DNA of 64,000 nucleotides from Desulfurococcales archaeon. GTDB taxonomy: Archaea > Thermoproteota > Thermoprotei_A > Sulfolobales > Desulfurococcaceae. Positions 58,307 to 64,000 of the stretch are shown here, piece by piece; position 1 is the stretch's first letter; each line of letters begins with the position of its first letter. The stretch lies in assembly GCA_027022365.1 (NCBI GenBank), contig JALVYU010000031.1, positions 1-64,000 on the forward strand. Direction: 5' to 3'. Under the pieces are notes generated by a model. The model ran no database searches. It was not told where the DNA came from and saw nothing but the letters and a program-made list of their open reading frames with translations. The position numbers were made by a program, and so were the translations under genes.

Positions 58307-59047
58307 ATGGTCGTGATCGAAAAAGTGCCCACAGGGATTAAAGGGTTTGATGATATTGTCGAGGGAGGCCTGCCAAGGCCTGGTATAACATACATAATTG
58401 GGCACCCAGGCGTCGGGAAAACTACATTGGCTCTACAGATACTTTATAATCGTGCCCTTCAGGGAGAAAAAGGCATGTATGTATCGTTAACAGAGAAAAA
58501 AGAATCGGTTATAACTAGATATAAGGACTTCCCAGCGTTTAATAGGCTCGAGGAGTTCCTCCAAAAGAAACAACTAATGTTTTTCGAAGCCATACCCACC
58601 TATGGCCTCGGCAAAGACATGGTGATAAGCCTTATAGATGATGCATTCAACATAGCTCAGGAAAACAGTGTCAAAAACATAATATTCGATACTGTCACAA
58701 GCCTTACCATGTATCTGAGGAGAGACGAGGTTAGAACGATACTATCCTATATCAATGACAAAATCTATAACTCGAAGACAATGGGGATAATGATTGCCGA
58801 GCTACCCCTCTACAGCGAAGTAATCAACCCGCCGAATGAAGAATTCCTGTGTGACGTATTGATCGTGATGGATTATGTATGGATATATGCTGGCGCGCCA
58901 AAACTCGACGTGAGACTAATTCCCGTGAAAAGCAGAGTTGGACGAGTCGACAGGAGATCCTATATCGCGGTAATATCCCCGGAGACAGGTGTTGAAATAA
59001 TAGGTACCATTGAGACAGAGCACTTCACCCCATTCAGACAGGGATAA
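58307..59047 (+). CDS. KaiC-like (RAD55/RecA superfamily) single-domain ATPase
   Basis: VPTGIKGFD..VEGGLP, GHPGVGKT, YVSLTE, IFDTVT, EFLCD.LI, VKSR. ATG 58307 after GGAGG. Confidence 0.9.
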   Translation: MVVIEKVPTGIKGFDDIVEGGLPRPGITYIIGHPGVGKTTLALQILYNRALQGEKGMYVSLTEKKESVITRYKDFPAFNRLEEFLQKKQLMFFEAIPTYGLGKDMVISLIDDAFNIAQENSVKNIIFDTVTSLTMYLRRDEVRTILSYINDKIYNSKTMGIMIAELPLYSEVINPPNEEFLCDVLIVMDYVWIYAGAPKLDVRLIPVKSRVGRVDRRSYIAVISPETGVEIIGTIETEHFTPFRQG

Positions 59048-59052
59048 CATAA

Positions 59053-60597
59053 TTGACCAATAGATTTTCAACCTGTATCCGCAGATCTATAAAACACACA
59101 GCCTTCATACCGCTCTATTTATTTATACTTATCATCTTCATCGCAATACTCTCCATTATGACCGAGAGAGGCAAAACAATTAGTGTTTCCCCGGTATTTT
59201 TGTTCTTATCTATGATAATGTATACACTCTACATTGCATTGCTCATAAGGATATACATGTATGCTAGGACTATTTTAGATATAGAAACATCGTGTGGAAT
59301 AATATCCCTAGGTATACTTACTTTTCTTTATCCTCTAGTCATTTTGCTGCCGTTTTTTTATCAAGCTAATAAAAGTTTTTCATACATAATAGATGTCTTT
59401 ATTATAGTAAATGCCTTGTTGATCGAATTACACTACGCTAATGTGCTATCTAGAGTTTTTAGTCTAATAAGTAATATTAGTGGAGCGAATGAGGGCGAGC
59501 CTTCAAGCCTCGTATCCTATAGATTTAAGAATATGTGGCTTCTAAGGGGCTTCGCTATCCTTGGTTCAATCCTCGTTTTAGTTCTTTTTATACTAATGAA
59601 GCTGTTTGTATCAAGTGTGAGCCATGAGTATCTGTTTTTTATCGTTGGCTTGACTATAGTGTTTCTTGTTTTGTCAGGAGTAATAACAGTGAGGTATAAG
59701 ATTACAAACGTCTTGTATCAAGGCCTCAGATTCGCATCTCTTTATAGGTTGTTTACATTAATGAATATTCTCGCCATACTGGTCTTTTTCGGCGTAGCGG
59801 CTGCAAATACAATGATAGAATACAAGGGTTTTATTGATCCATACGCTGTGTCTTTTCTCGTCGAGATAGTCATTGCTATGTTTGTTCTTGCTTTCCTAAA
59901 ATATTCTCTTGACGATCTTGTCGGACTTATTATTGTGTCGAAAGTCCCGGGCATTGCTATGAAGGTAGGCCTACTCCCCATCTATATGATCGTGCACGAT
60001 ATCCCCGTTATGAATAGTGTATCTAAGGTTACCCGTGTTTTTGGTGACATCCTTCGCTCGGTATGGATGGCCGGGTTCCCGATAAATACCATAATATATA
60101 TATCGAAGCCTCACAGTCTTATTAGGGCTTTACTTCTCTTCAACTTTTATGAAACCTACGACGAAGTAAAAACAGAGATTACGTCTCTAGGAAGAAACAT
60201 GGATAAACTACTCGGCAATCCTATAGCTCATATATTCAATATAAACATATCTTATCCGACATCAGAAACTTTGCCTAGACAACCTAGACAGTATTTCGGC
60301 ATAGAGGTTCATGAGAGGAGCATTACCTTCGAGCGCATCTACTTGATACGCTCTATCATGGGTATCATAAGAAGGTCTAAGGGCGTTCTCTTGGTTATAG
60401 AGGATCTATCAGATCTGATCAATATATCGAGCTTTACAACAGTATATTCCCTTATAAGAACACTTATATCGTTATTGAGGCCTAATGTGGATGCGATGGT
60501 CATCATAACACCCAAATATAGACCGCATGAAGAATACATAAATGTTTTTAAGAGTATAGCTAATAGCGTGGTGGACGTAACAAGATTATTAATCTAA
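59053..60597 (+). CDS. Polytopic membrane protein with C-terminal DUF835-like (inactive RecA-fold) domain
   Basis: About eight TM helices. The C-terminus GVLLVIEDLSDLINISSFTTVYSLIRTL...MVII.......EEYINVFKSIANSVV resembles DUF835/KaiC-like tails and has no Walker A. Confidence 0.65.
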   Translation: MTNRFSTCIRRSIKHTAFIPLYLFILIIFIAILSIMTERGKTISVSPVFLFLSMIMYTLYIALLIRIYMYARTILDIETSCGIISLGILTFLYPLVILLPFFYQANKSFSYIIDVFIIVNALLIELHYANVLSRVFSLISNISGANEGEPSSLVSYRFKNMWLLRGFAILGSILVLVLFILMKLFVSSVSHEYLFFIVGLTIVFLVLSGVITVRYKITNVLYQGLRFASLYRLFTLMNILAILVFFGVAAANTMIEYKGFIDPYAVSFLVEIVIAMFVLAFLKYSLDDLVGLIIVSKVPGIAMKVGLLPIYMIVHDIPVMNSVSKVTRVFGDILRSVWMAGFPINTIIYISKPHSLIRALLLFNFYETYDEVKTEITSLGRNMDKLLGNPIAHIFNINISYPTSETLPRQPRQYFGIEVHERSITFERIYLIRSIMGIIRRSKGVLLVIEDLSDLINISSFTTVYSLIRTLISLLRPNVDAMVIITPKYRPHEEYINVFKSIANSVVDVTRLLI

Positions 60598-60669
60598 AGA
60601 GTTATTTAACAAGATATAGGTTGTACTCTATCATGTTTTTCGGTCGGGTTTTGTAGGGGAGGATTATCA

Positions 60670-61476
60670 TTGGCCGAGAATGCCGATGAGAGAGAGATAT
60701 ATGATATCATTGCGGGTATGCCTATAGAGACGGAAAAGCTCAATATACTGTCTGATATAACATTTGAGGCGCAGCTCCTCCTGAGAAGCAAGTTCATCAA
60801 GAAGATCAAGCTCAGCTTCGATGATTTCAAAAATCTCCCTAAGCTGGCCGAAGACAAGGAGGTTCTCCTCACAACAACTCTAGATGGAAAGAGATTTATA
60901 GTATATTTGAGCCACGGGAAAATCGTTTCTTCAGCCATGGTAGATACAAGAAAAGGAACCAGACAAGTAGGCCTAAAGCCGCTCGCAACATTAATCGCAG
61001 CTTCAAAGATAGCTCCCATAGTGTTTAAACTGTATGAGATCCAACCAATGGTCTCAGAAGATAGAACACGGGAAGCAAGTATTAGGCCCCGGTCACTAGA
61101 AGTTGGTTTCAAAAGACGTACTAGGCCTGTCAGGGTAATGGCTAAACCCGAGATCAGGCATGGTGGAATCGAAGAAAAAGAGAGTGGAGAACCAATAATA
61201 CTCGAGTTCACTAAACGCATAAAAGAGTTCATGGAAAAAATGAAGGAAGATGTTGCAGATCTAGCCGGTTATTACGGCTGTAAATTCATTGATCTCAAGA
61301 TCGAGATAAGCAGAGGGATACTTAAGATAAAGATCTATGTAAAAAAGAAAGGATTGTTCACAAAATGCCGTGCTGAGGACTTGAAGAAAGCTGTTGAAAA
61401 CGATGCAGACATACTGCTCACCATGCTTGACCTAGATACTCCTTGCGAGGTACATGTGATCGAGCGCAGAAAATAG
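60670..61476 (+). CDS. Hypothetical protein (N-terminal DUF2226-like domain, linker, C-terminal alpha/beta domain)
   Basis: FIVYLSHGKIVSS hairpin followed by a helix and FKLYE, charged linker, separate C-terminal domain. Confidence 0.55.
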   Translation: MAENADEREIYDIIAGMPIETEKLNILSDITFEAQLLLRSKFIKKIKLSFDDFKNLPKLAEDKEVLLTTTLDGKRFIVYLSHGKIVSSAMVDTRKGTRQVGLKPLATLIAASKIAPIVFKLYEIQPMVSEDRTREASIRPRSLEVGFKRRTRPVRVMAKPEIRHGGIEEKESGEPIILEFTKRIKEFMEKMKEDVADLAGYYGCKFIDLKIEISRGILKIKIYVKKKGLFTKCRAEDLKKAVENDADILLTMLDLDTPCEVHVIERRK

Positions 61477-61619
61477 GGTTTGCCGTGAATCGGAGAGTAT
61501 TTAAAGCCCATTCTTGCTTGTACGAACGGGTATTTAACTATTATTTATATTTGATAGACCTTATAGATAGATTATGTAATCAATTAGTTGTTTGAGATTT
61601 TAGCGTTAAGGAAACTATA

Positions 61620-62510
61620 ATGAATAGTGGTGGATCGTGCTTGATACTGAGATTTGTACGTGTCAGAGAGAGGCCTGCCGGAAGAATACCTGATCTCTAC
61701 ATCGACACTATCTATGAGCTTGGGAAATACTCGTATTCAGCGGTAGTACTGCGTGTGAGAGATCAGCCAGGAGTTCTAGCCAAGATATTGGATGTTATGG
61801 CTAAACATGGAATTGATATTGCTAAGGTGAATGTCCCTGAGATCCCACATGGAGGAGAGGCATTCATATCAATAATAATGCGTAACTGTGATGAAGCATG
61901 TCTTGACGAAATAGAGAAGCAATTGCGAGGACTCGATGTTGTCCTTGGAATCAAGAAATTTGTGCCGCAGACGGGATTCTTGTTTATCAAATATAATTCT
62001 ATAAAAATACTTGATCAGCCCAGCATAATACTAACACGCAATATGATACGTAGCATTATTGATATGTTCATTAAGCATGGAGGCTATGCTGATCTTGGAA
62101 CTAGGAACACTCTCAGAACGATCGGTCATGGAATAGGGAGGCAGCTCTATGAGTGCATATCCAAGATAGAGACTGAAGTTGGGGAGGGAATAGAAGAGTA
62201 TAAGGTCGCGTTAGACTTGTTAAGAGATATCTATGAGTCCTTGGGATTCGGAACAATGGACATCATTGAAGTAACTCCAATGATGAGGTATACCATAAGG
62301 ATAAAGAACAATATGGAGTGTGCCGCTGCACGTGATCTCCACATAATCGATTTCACGGGATATATCACGAGAGGAATACTAGAGCAGTTCTTTGCCGATC
62401 TTTTCGGACGACGTGCAGTAGCCAAAGAAACAAGATGCATAAACCATGGCGATGAAATAGATGAATTCAAAGTTGACGTGTACGAGTCCACAACAATATT
62501 CTTAAGATAA
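61620..62510 (+). CDS. ACT domain plus V4R domain ligand-binding protein
   Basis: DQPGVLAKILDV.A.HGIDI (ACT). G...G, GFG, N.EC, RG.L..F and E..C...GD..DEF (V4R). Confidence 0.85.
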   Translation: MNSGGSCLILRFVRVRERPAGRIPDLYIDTIYELGKYSYSAVVLRVRDQPGVLAKILDVMAKHGIDIAKVNVPEIPHGGEAFISIIMRNCDEACLDEIEKQLRGLDVVLGIKKFVPQTGFLFIKYNSIKILDQPSIILTRNMIRSIIDMFIKHGGYADLGTRNTLRTIGHGIGRQLYECISKIETEVGEGIEEYKVALDLLRDIYESLGFGTMDIIEVTPMMRYTIRIKNNMECAAARDLHIIDFTGYITRGILEQFFADLFGRRAVAKETRCINHGDEIDEFKVDVYESTTIFLR

Positions 62511-62664
62511 AACTTTATCGCTAACAGACAGAGAAACGGGGTTGTTTTTATCAGTTCTATATCCTTTAATGGAGGATGTTGCGGTATAAATAACCTATTA
62601 ATTTACAATTAATTCCTTTGACGAATACAATAGCGAGATACAATAGAGAAAAGAGAATGATGAA

Positions 62665-64000
62665 TTACATGCCGAGCTCTCTTGTGCGTTCGAATAACTC
62701 CTTTGTAGCTTCACCAACTTCTTTTGTGCCTGAAACCAGTTCTGCTGTTTCTGCAGCTTCTGTTTCAGGCGCCATTGGAAGTACTTCAACCTCTGTCCCT
62801 GTCTCTTTTAGCTCTTCTACCGCACGCTTATAGACCGCTGCGGGGTCGTAGTAGTAGTTGAATATTATTCTCGAGACATCCCATACATTAGTTACCCCCT
62901 TGTACAACATCCAGTTCAATATAGTTGCCTTCCTGTAGATCTCGTCAATAATGTCCTCGAGGTCGAGGCCGCGCTTCATAGCGATATCTCTCAAGTGTAT
63001 GCTCTTCTCAAGATCTACTCTGAACGCGTCCTCCTTAGGATCCCATTGCGCCACTGTTATGTAGCGGTTATAGTCCTCAACCTCCTGCACGATAGTGACT
63101 CTTCTCTGCACCTTCACAACTCCTTTCTCAATACGCGTGATCACACGCCGCAAGTGTATGAACACGTTCATTAGCTTCATATAGGTAGGCGGGATATTCA
63201 TTGGCGGGCTCGTCAGCCTCTTGATAGCATAATCAAGCGTCTCGGCGTGAATGGTCGATAAACCTCCGTGTCCCGTGGCTAGTGATTGGAAGAGCACGAA
63301 TGCCTCCTCGCCACGGACCTCGCCGACGACGATGTAGTCTGGACGGTAACGTAGGCTGAGCTTCACGAGATCGAAGAGCCTGATGCTTGTACCGCCGGAT
63401 GAGCCTACTAGGTAGCTCTCACGGCTCGTAAGCTGTACCCAGTTGGGGTGGGGGAGGTTGATCTCAGGGGTGTCCTCAACCGTTACTATCTTCATACCGG
63501 GCTTGATGAACATCGAGATAACGTTTAGCAAAGTGGTCTTGCCGGTACCAGTACCGCCTGCGATCATCGCTGTCTTGGCGTGCTCGATCAGTTCCCATAG
63601 ATAAGCCGCTACGAGAGTGTTGAGCTCTCCCGACTGTATTATCTCTGTCACGCTGAATGGTCTCTCGCGGAACTTACGTATTGTGAATGTTGGTCCTTTA
63701 ACCGATACTTCTCTGCCGAAAGTTGCCGCTAGCCTGTGCTTCTCGGGTAGCATCGCGTCTAGGATTGGGAACGCAATACTGATGTGTTTACCCGCCATGT
63801 GTGCCATTTTCATGATGAACTCGTTCAGGTAGTCTTCGTCGAGGAAGGTAATGTTTGTAGGTATGCTCTCATACTTTTTGTGCCATACATAGATCGGTAT
63901 ATTTACGCCGTTACAGCTTATATCCTCGATATTCGGATCCTTCATGAGCGGGTCTATCGGTCCGTAGCCCAGCAGGTTTCTCTCGATATAGTAGAGCAAT
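62665..64000 (-). CDS. Type IV pilus / type II-IV secretion ATPase (VirB11/TadA-like), 5'-truncated by the window
   Basis: GYGPIDPL..DP.IEDISC.G, FTIRKF, GGTGTGKTT, EDTPE, LR.RPDYI.VGEVRG.EA, TGH...STIHA. Confidence 0.93.
   Translation of the reverse strand, partial: LLYYIERNLLGYGPIDPLMKDPNIEDISCNGVNIPIYVWHKKYESIPTNITFLDEDYLNEFIMKMAHMAGKHISIAFPILDAMLPEKHRLAATFGREVSVKGPTFTIRKFRERPFSVTEIIQSGELNTLVAAYLWELIEHAKTAMIAGGTGTGKTTLLNVISMFIKPGMKIVTVEDTPEINLPHPNWVQLTSRESYLVGSSGGTSIRLFDLVKLSLRYRPDYIVVGEVRGEEAFVLFQSLATGHGGLSTIHAETLDYAIKRLTSPPMNIPPTYMKLMNVFIHLRRVITRIEKGVVKVQRRVTIVQEVEDYNRYITVAQWDPKEDAFRVDLEKSIHLRDIAMKRGLDLEDIIDEIYRKATILNWMLYKGVTNVWDVSRIIFNYYYDPAAVYKRAVEELKETGTEVEVLPMAPETEAAETAELVSGTKEVGEATKELFERTRELGM

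Noticed and set aside
1-64000. tRNA, rRNA, CRISPR arrays, integrases or proviral genes
   Set aside because: None recognised by eye. The intergenic gaps are short and mostly accounted for. tRNAscan-SE and Infernal should confirm.

Overview
Gene-dense window from a crenarchaeon (Thermoproteota), most likely a Desulfurococcales-like hyperthermophile. This is inferred from the crenarchaeal single-OB SSB, TiaS, deoxyhypusine synthase, PCNA, archaeal PoK/PPS CoA pathway, AMP phosphorylase, DGGGPL reductase, Nre and GGTGA-type SD sites. Most genes are housekeeping or metabolic. Signals missing from the ORF track: four box C/D guide sRNAs (one with a fully compensated non-canonical K-turn); a scrambled IS200/IS605 RHH-tnpB remnant locus at 21.4-22.7 kb with related right-end/omegaRNA-like relics at 28.9-29.3 kb, where a 43-bp core is inverted between two paralogous copies; and three small or partial ORFs. 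The best candidate system is at 56.8-64 kb: two polytopic membrane proteins with DUF835/RecA-like tails flank a KaiC-like ATPase, followed by a DUF2226-like protein, an ACT-V4R protein and a convergent type IV pilus ATPase. Other leads are a radical SAM/SPASM enzyme that may be GMGT synthase, an orphan PqqD-like gene behind ssb, and a five-gene CoA biosynthesis cluster headed by a ThiR-like regulator. No rRNA, tRNA or CRISPR array was seen. All family calls come from motif recognition by eye, not from database searches.
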